A stretch of DNA of 20,000 nt from contig NC_057720.1 of the NCBI RefSeq assembly GCF_004010195.1, positions 10,080,765 to 10,100,764 on the forward strand. The letters run 5' to 3'. The notes beneath the pieces were generated by a model. It saw only the letters and a program-made list of their open reading frames with translations. It did no database searches and was not told the origin of the DNA. This DNA is from Chiloscyllium plagiosum (Eukaryota). Position 1 is the first letter of the stretch. Each line of letters begins with the position of its first letter. The position numbers and the translations under genes were made by a program. Shown here piece after piece: positions 1-8,732 of the stretch.

Positions 1-1177
1 TGTTCCTCTGAGACTGGTAAGAAGGGGTAAGATTAAGGAACCTTGGATGACGAGAACAGAGGAACTTCTCGTCAAAAGGAAGAAGGCAGCTTACGTAGGG
101 TGGAGGAAGCAAGGATCTAGCACAGCTTTAGAGGATTACAGGCTTTCCAGAAAGGAGCTCAGAAATGGACTGAGGAGAGTCAGGAGGTGGCACGAAAAAG
201 GCTTGGCAAGAAGGATTAGGGAGAACCCAAAAGCATTTCACTTATACGTGAGGAATAAGAGAATGATCAGGGAGAAGGTAGGGCCGATCAGGGATAGCAG
301 AAGGAACTTGTGCATGGAGTCTGAGCAAATAGGGGAAGCCTTAAATGAGTTTTTTGCTTTGGTTTTCACCAAGGATAGGGAACTTGTTGTGAATGAAAAC
401 TTAGAGGAGCTGGGATACAGTCTTGACCAGATCAAGATTGATGAAATTGATGTTCTAGAAATTTTGGAAAACATTAAGATTGATAAGTCCCCAGGGCCAG
501 ACCAGATTTATCCTAGGCTGCTCCGGGAAGCGAGAAAGGAGGTTGCTAAGCCGCTGGCGAGGATATTTGCCTCCTCCCTCTCCACGGGAGTTGTACCGGA
601 GGATTGGAAGGAGGCGAATGTTGTTCCTCTTTTCAAGAAGGGTAATAGGGAAATCCCTGGCAATTACAGACCAGTCAGTCTTATGTGTGTGGTCAGCAAA
701 GATTTGGAAAGAACTCTGAGAGATAGGATTTATGACTATTTGGCAAAGCACAGTGTGATTAAAGGAAGTCAGCATGGCTTTGTGAGGGGCAGGTCATGCC
801 TCACAAATCTTATTGAGCTCTTTGAGGGGGTGTCAAGACAGGTTCGACGATGGTCAAGCAATGGATGTGGTGTATATGGATTTCAGCAAGACATTTGATA
901 GGGTTCCCCATGGTAGGCTCATTCATAAAGTCAGGAAGTATGGGATATAGGGAGATTTGGCTAACTGGATTCAGAATTGGCTGGCTGACAGAAGGCAGAG
1001 AGTGGTTGTAAATGGAAAGTATTCTGCCTGGAGGTCAGTGGTGAGTGGGGTCCCGCAGGGCTCTGTTCTTGGGCCTCTGCTCTTTGTAGTTTATTTCAAT
1101 GATTTGGATGAGGAGGTTGTGGGGTGGGTTAGTAAATTTGCAGATGACACTAAGTTTGGAGATGTCGTCGATAGTAT
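1..1177 (+). mobile_element. CR1 LINE ORF2 fragment (linker + RT), decayed, cut off by the ERV LTR
   Basis: ORFs 47..898 and 957.. carry CR1 RT motifs [50 protein letters not shown] and SKFADDTK. Frameshift near 845 and a stop near 948. Homology ends after GDVVDS at ~1177. Confidence 0.95.
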
Positions 1178-1685
1178 TGTGCAAGATAGGGACCTCTGCG
1201 ACCCCCCATCAGGCACTCTGCTTCCCTTCCCAAGAACAAAGACACGGAGGAGTTCGTCCAAAACTATGTATTCAGTTCTGCAGAACCGGGTGTTACCTCA
1301 ATGGCTTCCCACGAGGCACACACACAGATTGTAATCCCCGCGCATTATATACATGTAGTAATGGGCTGGGCCTTCTACTGTCTCAGCCAATGGGTGTCAA
1401 AGTTCCCCACTGTCCTCCCTGATGGATGAGATTATTTGGTTCATCACCCAGCCAATCAGTGTTTGAGTTCACCGTTCTCCCTTATATGGATGATGATGTA
1501 CAGCCATGGGTTGTGGGCAGTCCCTCAGCCACGAGGAAAGCTGTTTCCATTGTTCCATTCATGAAAATCTAGGGGAGTATCTGCTGGTGCTTACTACAGG
1601 GTAGAAAGGACTAAAATGGTGGCTTTGTACTTACTATGTGCATACTACAACAGTTAATGATTTAAAAATTACACCACCCCTTACA
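1178..1685 (-). mobile_element. Putative endogenous retrovirus 3' LTR (508 bp)
   Basis: Minus strand starts TGTAAGGGG (1685) and ends CTTGCACA (1178), giving TGT...ACA termini. Directly preceded by a polypurine tract. TATATAA at 1351-1345 and AATACA polyA-like hexamer at 1272-1267, in U3-R-U5 order. Confidence 0.75.
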
Positions 1686-1705
1686 AATCCCCCGTGTCTT
1701 TTCTT
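1686..1705 (-). promoter_or_regulatory. Polypurine tract (plus-strand primer) of the ERV
   Basis: Minus strand AAGAAAAGACACGGGGGATT directly abuts the TGTAA LTR start. Confidence 0.7.
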
Positions 1706-1719
1706 ACGGTTTGTAATTT

Positions 1720-1899
1720 TTAAACTGGGAGTTTCCTCTCCAGGGCGTTTAATAACTCCCGAGCTTGTTCATCAAACTGCCCATCTCTAATACCACCCCC
1801 GCCCAAGAGGGATTCACGTTGTTCCATCTCGAGATTCATTCGTTCAACCTGCCCATAGGGAACGTCCCTCTTAGTAAGGGCGGTTTCGATCAGTCGTTG
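1720..1899 (-). pseudogene. env: Retroviral env C-terminus (cytoplasmic tail) remnant
   Basis: QRLIETALTKRDVPYGQVERMNLEMEQRESLLGGGGIRDGQFDEQARELLNALERKLPV* ends 14 nt before the PPT. QRLIETALTK matches the post-TM motif I recall from fish class I ERV Env (…CCIIPC.RGL.QRLIETALTK). Confidence 0.65.
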
Positions 1900-2090
1900 G
1901 GGAGGAATCGAAGGAGAAATTGTTAAGGGTGAGGACCAGTTCAGCCAAACGAATGAGAGTGTCGGTGGAAGGGTACTGTTGGGGACATTGGGAGAGGAAG
2001 AAATGGAGGGCTTGGAGGCCCTGGTCATGGCGGATGGAGGTGTAGAGGGATTGGATATCCATGGTGAAGATGAGGCGTTGGGGGCCGAGG
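1900..2090 (-). mobile_element. Penelope-like element RT fragment
   Basis: Translates GPQRLIFTMDIQSLYTSIRHDQGLQALHFFL...TLIRLAELVLTLNNFSFDSS, the PLE RT motif D..SLYT.I plus LxxNNFxF. Confidence 0.9.
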
Positions 2091-2129
2091 ATTCATAGTG
2101 AACATGAGGGACCAGGATTAGGAAACCAC

Positions 2130-2293
2130 GACACAGGGAGACCCCCTTCCCCCACAGAGAGACCAACCCACAGGGGGACTGCCCCACAGGGAGACCACCC
2201 CACAAAGGAGAGAGCCACACGGGGAGTGAGTCACACAGGAAGAGAGTCCCACAGGGAGAGAACCACACAGGAGAGTGCCACACAGGGAGACTG
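2130..2293. repeat. Degenerate ~16-bp minisatellite (cCACAGGGAGAnnnnc), ~10 units
   Basis: Units such as ccacagagagaccaac, ccacagggggactgcc, ccacagggagaccacc and cacacagggagactgc. Confidence 0.85.
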
Positions 2294-2304
2294 CAGCAAG
2301 CTAG

Positions 2305-2750
2305 TTAGATAGACAGATAGTACAGTACAGCATAGGAACAGGTCCCACTGCCCACTGTGTCTGTGCTGAAACTGATGTTATTCCAAACTAATCCCACCTT
2401 CCTGCACATGGTCTCCATTCCTCTATTCCCTGCTTGTACATGTATCTGTCTAAATGCCTTGCAAACTTTACTATCATCTCTGCTTCTACCATCTCCTGTC
2501 GCAGCATGTTCCAGGCACCTACGTACCTTTGTGTAAAAAGCTTCCCTCACACATCTCCTTTAGTCATTTCCCATCTGATTGTTGTATTTGACCTATCCAC
2601 CCTGGGAAAAAGACTACTATCCACCCTATCCAGGCCCCTCATAATTTTATGTACTTCTATCAGGTCACCCTTCAGCCTTTGATGCTTTACTGAGAACAAC
2701 CCTCCAACCTCTCCTTGCAGCTAAAACTCTCCAATTCAGGCTACATTCTG
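2305..2750 (-). mobile_element. CR1 LINE 3' end fragment
   Basis: Minus strand has a degenerate ORF2 C-terminus (F.TQRVV..WN.L..EMVEA...F..HLD-like) and a tail ...GGACCTGTTCCTATGCTGTACTGTACTATC. Confidence 0.85.
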
Positions 2751-2777
2751 GACCTTCTGCAAAGCATCCAAAGTTTG

Positions 2778-2955
2778 GGAAGCTCAGTTGGCTGGATAGT
2801 TAGTTTATGATGCAGAGTGGTACCCACAATATGGGTTCAATTTCCACAGCAGCTGAGGTTACCATGAAGGTCACTCCTGCTCAACCTCTCCCTCAGTTGT
2901 GACCTTCAGGTTAAGTTGCCATGAGTTGTCTCCCTCTTTCTAATGAGAGTACGGT
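2778..2955 (+). mobile_element. tRNA-derived SINE, degenerate
   Basis: A-box-like AGCTCAGTTGG (2781-2791) and B-box-like GGGTTCAATTTCC (2833-2845), followed by a non-tRNA body. Confidence 0.65.
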
Positions 2956-3009
2956 TCAGCAAGACCATAACAAGTTTACCTTTGCATAATTATTTAAAGA
3001 GAAAGGTAA

Positions 3010-3123
3010 TTGGGTAATGGCAGGAGAGTGGCACTCAGTCATGATGTTAATGTGGAGGATCAGTACAGGCACAGTGGGCCCAATGGCCTCATTCTGCACT
3101 CTCACATTTCTGTGATTCCATGA
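3010..3123 (+). mobile_element. Old CR1-type 3' tail fragment
   Basis: ...ggcacagtgggcccaatggcctcattctgcactctcacatttctgtgattccatga resembles the CR1 3' stem-loop and tail repeat. Confidence 0.55.
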
Positions 3124-3589
3124 ACTGGAAAATCTTGAGAGATGCATGCAATATACTAAAAAAGTGCTCCCCAAAACCTTTCCTATTGTGACCCCACTTG
3201 GAAGCTTGCACATTGCCATGATCCCAGACCTGTGAGAGCGGGGGAGGGGTTGATGTGGAGACGGTGGGGGTGAAGACCTTTGTCTTTAGTTTGGGGAGGA
3301 ATGTGAGAGGAAGAGAATGAGAGTTCCGTGAAAATGGGGAAATGTCGGAAAGCTGTTTAATTCCCAAGGGTTTTAGGTAAAATCCATCCAGCTTTCCACA
3401 GGATTTTTCAGGGAAAATATTCAGGCTACTGTTTAGAAAAAAAAGCTGCCACCCAATCAAGCTCCATGGCAAGCATTGCCATCTTGGAGCTCGTGACCTC
3501 TGACCTTGCTGTGGGTCATGAAACAGTTTGAGATGCCTGGGGTTAAAGAGTTACTTGTGGATGAAGGACTGTAGATTATACAACCTTGG

Positions 3590-3940
3590 TTACTCACATG
3601 AGGAAGGATTGAACAGGCAGCTTTGATGAAGAGTTATCTAGACTCGGATTGTTAGCTTGCTCTCTCTCCATGGACGCTGTCTGACCCACTGTGATCTCTA
3701 GCATTTGTTGTTAAGGTGTATCCTTCTGTAAGGGTGGGTTGACAGGGGCTGAAAGGATTATGAACGGAGTTTATACGATAGTTGTGGTAAAACATTTCCA
3801 CTTCTGGGAGATCAGTTGCAAATACAAAATAGTAATTTAAAAATTCAAGAAGGAATTCAGAGGAAACTGTTTTATGCAGAGAATGGTGAACTCTCCACCA
3901 CAAGAATTGTTGAGATGAGTAGCATAGATATATTTAAGGA
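3590..3940 (+). mobile_element. Old CR1 ORF2 C-terminal fragment, interrupted by a PLE terminus
   Basis: catgaggaaggattgaacagg (.EERLNR-like) ... gaattcagaggaaactgttttatgcagagaatggtg ... gatatatttaagg. Confidence 0.55.
3621..3712 (+). mobile_element. PLE terminal repeat fragment with degenerate hammerhead
   Basis: tttgatgaa GAGT tatctag ACTC ggattgtt (stem II intact, core mutated), then gacgctgtctgacccactgtgatctctagcattt, similar to the other PLE termini in the window. Confidence 0.65.
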
Positions 3941-3998
3941 ACATTGGAGCAGGATTAAGCCATTCAACTCTGCCATTTAGTTAGAACATGGCTGATAT

Positions 3999-4318
3999 TA
4001 GAATCACAGAATCCCAATAGTGCAGATAGAGGCTATTTGGCCCATTGTGTCTCTACCGACCCTCTGAAAAGCGTCTCACCCAGATCCACCCCATCCCTCT
4101 CATCCATATTTCCCATGGCTAATTCACTGAGCTTTCATATCCCTGGATGATGGGGTAATTTAGCATGGCCAATCCATGTAACCTGCACATCTTTGGACTG
4201 TGGGAGGAAACCCACGCAGACACGGGGAGAATGTGCAAACTCCACACAGACAGTTGTCGAGGGTGGAATCAAACCTAAGTCTTGGTGTTATGAGGCTAAT
4301 CACAGAACCACTGTGCTG
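3999..4318 (-). mobile_element. HE1-like V-SINE
   Basis: V-domain (rc) ...ctgtctgtgtggagtttgcacattctccccgtgtctgcgtgggtttcctcccacagtccaaagatgtgcagg, with a CR1-like tail gggattctgtgattcta. Confidence 0.9.
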
Positions 4319-4425
4319 AAAAGGCTAGGCATTGTCATGGTTTAACTAAGCGGCAAAGTTTCCTGGAGGGTTTCTCCTTGTGAGGGTCAGTGGTATTTTT
4401 CACCATATCATTTCAAAGCTGCTTC

Positions 4426-4661
4426 TGAAATTAACTCCAAAGGGGCAGGTATCTCAACACCAAGTCACCCTTACTTTACACGTGAAGAGTCCTGGACATG
4501 ATCCAGCTCCCTCAGAGCCAGTCCTCAGAGTGAACAGAACCTCTGACATTCTTGTTTATATCTGTCAGCCGGGGCTCCCTGATTGGACCAGGTTAACAGC
4601 CCCAGTCAGGGAAATCATATTCTGTGAGATCCACCTGGCCGAGCTTGTTACAATCTCTACA
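4426..4661 (-). mobile_element. Solo LTR (236 bp, probably Gypsy-type) with 5-bp TSD
   Basis: TG...CA termini flanked by GCTTC at 4421-4425 and 4662-4666. CCAATCAGG and GATATAAAC on the minus strand. Confidence 0.85.
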
Positions 4662-5031
4662 GCTTCATTAACTGCCTAGTTCTATGCCAACTGCCTATGA
4701 CAGTGCTCTACTCTGGTGTCAACATGATTCTACCACTTACCACTCCTGGCACTTCCAAGAAAAGGTCATTTTTCCTATCATCATTCCACCACCATCTTTA
4801 AACACCTGTTGTTCACCTGGGCAGGTTCTGTCAGTCAGAGCTGCCCTGCAAGGTGCCTGACATTTATCCTGGGCATGGCAGACAGGAGAATGTGGTGCCT
4901 CACTTTGTGGACTGGGTCCTGAAGATTTTGGGGATGGGGTGATGCAGAAGAGGGACACCCTCTCGTTTCAAGAATTGTCCATATCTAGTTTCCTCATGGC
5001 AGGTGGTGAGGGGGGTAGATGAAGTGAGAGA

Positions 5032-5488
5032 CCATTGAACCTCTACAGCAAGCCATTTGACCCATCAAAGGAACAGGAGAATCGACGTTTCGGGCATTAG
5101 CCCTTCTTCAAGAATTCCCTTCCAGCAACACATTTTCAGCTTTGATCTCCAGCATCTGCAGTCCTCACTTTCTCTTCCATTTGACCCATCAAGTCCTACC
5201 AACCCTCTGAAGAGCATCCTACCAAGAACCATCCTGTAACCCTTAATTTCCCATGACTAGTCCATCTAACCTGCACATCCCTGGACACTATAGGAAATTA
5301 ACGACATCTAATCCACCGAAGCTGCACATCTTTGGTCTGTGGGAGGAAACCGGAGCACCAGATGAAACCCACGCAGACATGGGGAGAATGTGCAAACTCC
5401 ACACAGACAGTCAACTGAGGCTGGAATCAAACTCGGGTCCCTCACGCTGTGAGGTAGCAGTGCTAAACACTGAGCCACCATGCCACCT
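5032..5488 (-). mobile_element. HE1-like V-SINE, with a PLE-derived insert in its tail
   Basis: tRNA head GGTGGCATGGTGGCTCAGTG...GAGTTTGATTCC, V-domain and CR1-like tail. Confidence 0.9.
5069..5176. mobile_element. Short PLE-terminal insert with internal inversion and 16-bp TSD
   Basis: TSD ccatttgacccatcaa at 5053-5068 and 5177-5192. Hammerhead piece on minus (UUGAAGAAGGGC UAAU GCCC GAAACGUC) joined to the terminal piece on plus (...atctccagcatctgcagtcctcactttctc). Confidence 0.85.
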
Positions 5489-5600
5489 GGCATGCCAATA
5501 TTGGCACACAAGTGCACAGCTCCCTAAGAGTAGCACTAACAGTAGCGCAGGTGTAAAGAAGGCAAATGGAATGTTCTCTTTCATTGGCAAAGGCATAGAA

Positions 5601-6118
5601 CGGAACAGTTGCTCAGTGGTTAGCGCTGCTGCCTCATAGCACCAGGAACCCAGGCTCAATTCCAGCCTCGGGTGACTGTCTGTGTGGAGTTTGCACATTC
5701 TCCCCATGTCTGTGTCTGTGTGGGAGTGCTCCAATTTCTTACCACAATCCAAAGATGTGCAGGTTACGTGAATTGGCCATAGAGTCCTTGACATGATCCA
5801 GCTCCCTTAGAGCCAGTCCTCAGAGTGAACAGAACCTCTGACAATCTGTCAGCCTGGGCTCCCTGATTGGACCAGGTTAACAGCCCCAGTCAGGGAACTC
5901 ATATTCTGTGAGGTCCACCTGGCCAAGCTTGTTACAATCTCTACAGCTTCATTAACTGTCTAGTTCTATGCCAACTAAATTGCCCATAGTGTTCAGGGGT
6001 GTGTAGGTTAAGTACATTAGGGAGGGGTAAATGTAGGGAAATGGATCTAGGTGGGTTACTCTTCAGAGGGTTGGTGTAGACTTGCTGGGCCTGTTTTCAC
6101 GCTGTAGGAATTCTGTGA
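5601..6118 (+). mobile_element. HE1-like V-SINE, split by a 196-bp insertion
   Basis: Head GCTCAGTGGTTAGC...GGCTCAATTCC, V-domain, ...aattggccat | aaattgcccatagtg..., tail cctgttttcacgctgtaggaattctgtga. Confidence 0.9.
5781..5976 (+). repeat. Direct duplicate of 4486-4692 (partial LTR + 31 bp of flank)
   Basis: Aligns to 4486-4692 with about 7 substitutions and one 11-bp deletion. Confidence 0.92.
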
Positions 6119-6547
6119 AAAGTAAGGATGTAATGATGAATCTGTACAAGAGTCTAGTGAAGCCACAACTGGAGTATTGTGTGCAACTCTAGAGAGAGTG
6201 CAGAGAAGATTTATCAGAATGTTGCCAAGGCAGGAGAATTGTGGCTATGAGGAGAGATTGGGGACATATTCCTTCAAAGTGAGAAGACTAATTGGGGTAC
6301 ACTAGATTGTGAGAGGTAGACATACAGTAGACAAGAGGGACTTATTTCCTTGACAGAGAATTGCAAAGCCAGAGGTCATTGATTCAAGCAAAATGGCAGA
6401 TAGATTAGAGGGGACATGAGGAAAAACCTTTTTAAGCAGAGGGTGGTGGATGTCTGGAATTCACTGCCTGACCTGATAGTGGAAAAAGAGAGCCTAAACT
6501 CTTTTAAAAAGTACCTGGATCTCCACCTTAAGTGCTGTAAGCTACAA

Positions 6548-6994
6548 GGCTATGGGACATGTGCAGGACGATGGGACATGTGCAGGACGATGGGACATGT
6601 TCAGGGCTAAGGGACATGTGCAGGGCTATGGGACATGTGCGGGACGAGAGGACATGTTCAGGGCTATGATACATGTGCAGGACAATGGGACATGTGCAGG
6701 TCGATGGGAAATGTGCAGAACTTTGGGACATGTGCAGGACGATGGGACATGTACAGAGCTATGGGACATGTGCAGGATGATGGGACATGTGCAGGGCTAT
6801 GGGACATGTGCAGGACGATGGGACATGTGCAGGACTATGGGACATGTGCAGGGCTATGGGACATGTGCAGGACGATGGGACATGTGCAGGACTGTGGGAC
6901 ATGTGCAGGACGAAGGGACATGTTCAGGGCTATGGGACATGTGCAGGACAATGGGACATGTGCAGGACGATGGGCCATGTGAAGGACGATGGGA
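6548..6994. repeat. 19-bp minisatellite (GGCT/GACG)ATGGGACATGTGCAG, ~23.5 units
   Basis: 447 bp = 23 x 19 + 10. It explains the overlapping repetitive ORFs here. Confidence 0.97.
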
Positions 6995-7969
6995 TTGGAA
7001 AGTGCAGCTGGGAGTATTTGGGTTGGCATGGACAAAATGGGCTGAATGTTCCCTTCTGTGGTGCATCACTTCTCTGGTTCAACTTGAAATGTGTGGTTAA
7101 TGAGGCCAACATCAGCAATAATCGCTGTGAATAGGCATCTCACCGATATCTCATGTGAACCTCCTCTCAATGCCTCGATCTCTGAAAATGCAACACGTTT
7201 CTCCCAACATTGACAATGGCCTCACTTGCTTTCTGACTTTGTTCTCTCAGACCTGATGCCCAGAGCCCACTTCATTCAGAGTCTTTCACATTCTGCACAT
7301 GGGGATTAAATCCCCACCATTTGGCTATTGACTGTATGCACTCATTGAGCCATCAGTGCATGATACAGTTTCATACAGTAACATTAACAGCCAACTCCAA
7401 CCCCTGCTCTCTGGAACAACTTACATTTGACTTCATAAAGGTTTAGGTCACGAAGACCTTTGTCATTTGTTCTTTGGTGGGTGGAGAGTGGGGGGTTAGG
7501 TAGTGGGTTATGGGCAGGGAAACTGAAAGGACACAGTTTGTTGAATCGATTGGCTGTCTTTTCATAAAACCGTTGCATAACTGCAAACAGCCCAAGCGTT
7601 GACTGTAGGCTCCAAAGTCAAATCAATTTAAAGGAGCAAATTACTACAAACTATCCAACATGGACTTCACTAGAGACCAGGCTCTGGGTCAATGAGTACA
7701 TCAGGGTCTGATAGCTGGGGCCGAGGTCCCTGAGGGGTCTCGTGGTGCTTTGGTGGGAGATTGAGCCATGTGTTAAACCAGGGCTGAGATACCTGTCCCT
7801 GTCCCCCTTACAGACCATGAGCATTGTGCTGTCAGAATCTCTAGTCCTTTAAGGAGAAATTACCTTCCAAAACCCCAACTCTCCCTTCCACACGCTCCAG
7901 TCTGCAGTGAAACCTCCCTCAAAATATCCGTCCTGTCTTGGAGGAGACCCAAAACTTGAATCCTTTGCC

Positions 7970-8275
7970 TTTTCTTTCGTGAGAGGTGGAGTTCACTGGC
8001 AAAGCTAACATCTACTACTCAGTCCCTAACTGCCCCTTGAGAATGTGGTTTTGAGCCACCGCAGTCCATGCAGTGTAGATATGCATATGGTGCTGTTGGG
8101 AAGGGGGTTCCCGAGTGACAGTGAAGAAATGGTGGTATATTTCCAAGTCTGGATGGTGTGAGGCTTTGGCAGGAAACTTGCTGGTGGTGGTATTCCCATA
8201 TTCTTGCCATCCCAGGCCTTCTGCGTGGCAGAGGTCAAGGGTCTGGAAGATGATTTGGAGCAGACTTTGTGAGTT
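7970..8275 (-). mobile_element. 3' end of a CR1-group LINE, same family as 12395-13927
   Basis: The reverse complement matches 13650-13927 (gggaataccaccacc...aagtt..., gacttggaaatata, ggcagttaggga). Confidence 0.8.
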
Positions 8276-8513
8276 GATATTGTTACAAAAATCATACAAT
8301 TGAATAATTTCCCTGCTATGTTGATCCTATCTCTCCATCAACACTTTGACTCTGAAAGCTACGAGGCTCCCTCACTTTGTCAATTGTTTTTGAAACAGTT
8401 TGCAATGTTCTGTTCCCTTGAGCCCTGATTAATCCTTGCCTACCGCTGACTATTTAAGAAACACTTTCATAGCATGTGGGCGATGTTGAAAAGTCTGGTA
8501 TTTGTTATCTATC

Positions 8514-8732
8514 GAGGAGAAAGTGAGGTCTGCAGATGCTGGAGATCAAAGTTGAAACTTTATTGCTGGAACAGCACAGCAGGTCAGGCAGCATCCAGGG
8601 AACAGGAGATTCGACGTTTCGGGCACAGGCCCTTCTTCAGGAATCAAGGGCCTGTGCCCGAAACGTCGAATCTCCTGTTCCCTGGATGCTGCCTGACCTG
8701 CTGTGCTGTTCCAGCAATAAAGTTTCAACTCA
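8514..8732 (-). mobile_element. Palindromic PLE-terminal insert with 15-bp TSD
   Basis: TSD tatttgttatctatc at 8499-8513 and 8733-8747. Perfect inverted arms 8550-8634 and 8646-8730 with an 11-nt spacer. Confidence 0.92.
8608..8645 (-). ncRNA. Minimal type I hammerhead ribozyme motif (PLE-type)
   Basis: GAUUC-CUGAAGA-A-GGGC(CUGU)GCCC-GAAAC-GUC-GAAUC: stem I GAUUC/GAAUC, stem II GGGC/GCCC, intact core, GUC cleavage triplet and self-complementary ACGU at stem III. Confidence 0.8.

Larger units (their letters stand above)
5500..7080 (+). mobile_element. CR1 LINE 3' portion, interrupted by a SINE and a minisatellite
   Basis: KKANGMFSFIGKGIE | KSKDVMMNLYKSLVKPQLEYCVQ ... MRKNLFKQRVVDVWNSLP...SFKKYLD...GYG, then the 3' UTR gcatggacaaaatgggctgaatg. 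Confidence 0.85.

Noticed and set aside
1178..1598. Alternative shorter LTR ending at ttactaca (1598)
   Set aside because: No PPT or TSD at that boundary. The 1685 boundary has both the PPT and the env stop.
1720..2283. 187-aa ORF as a single novel gene
   Set aside because: It is a chimera of minisatellite, off-frame Penelope RT and env tail, with no ATG start.
5601..5675. tRNA genes (also 2781-2845, 5420-5488, 12190-12266)
   Set aside because: A/B boxes run into SINE bodies and no proper cloverleaf is evident.
6548..6994. CRISPR-like array or repeat-protein gene (ORFs 6552..7100, 6635..6982 etc.)
   Set aside because: Units are contiguous with no unique spacers, there are no cas genes, and the context is a vertebrate LINE. 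The ORFs arise because a nearly stop-free 19-mer cycles through frames.
7479..7519. G-quadruplex or interstitial telomere-like tract
   Set aside because: Only degenerate GGGTTA-like words with irregular loops, too weak to call.
7225..7830. Plus-strand splice acceptors at 7250 and 7813
   Set aside because: No convincing donors or recognisable peptide.
8550..8730. DNA-transposon MITE or pre-miRNA
   Set aside because: Arms are not at the element termini (36 bp extra on one side), TSD lengths vary among relatives, and the sequence matches PLE terminal repeats at 9234 and 11800-11900.
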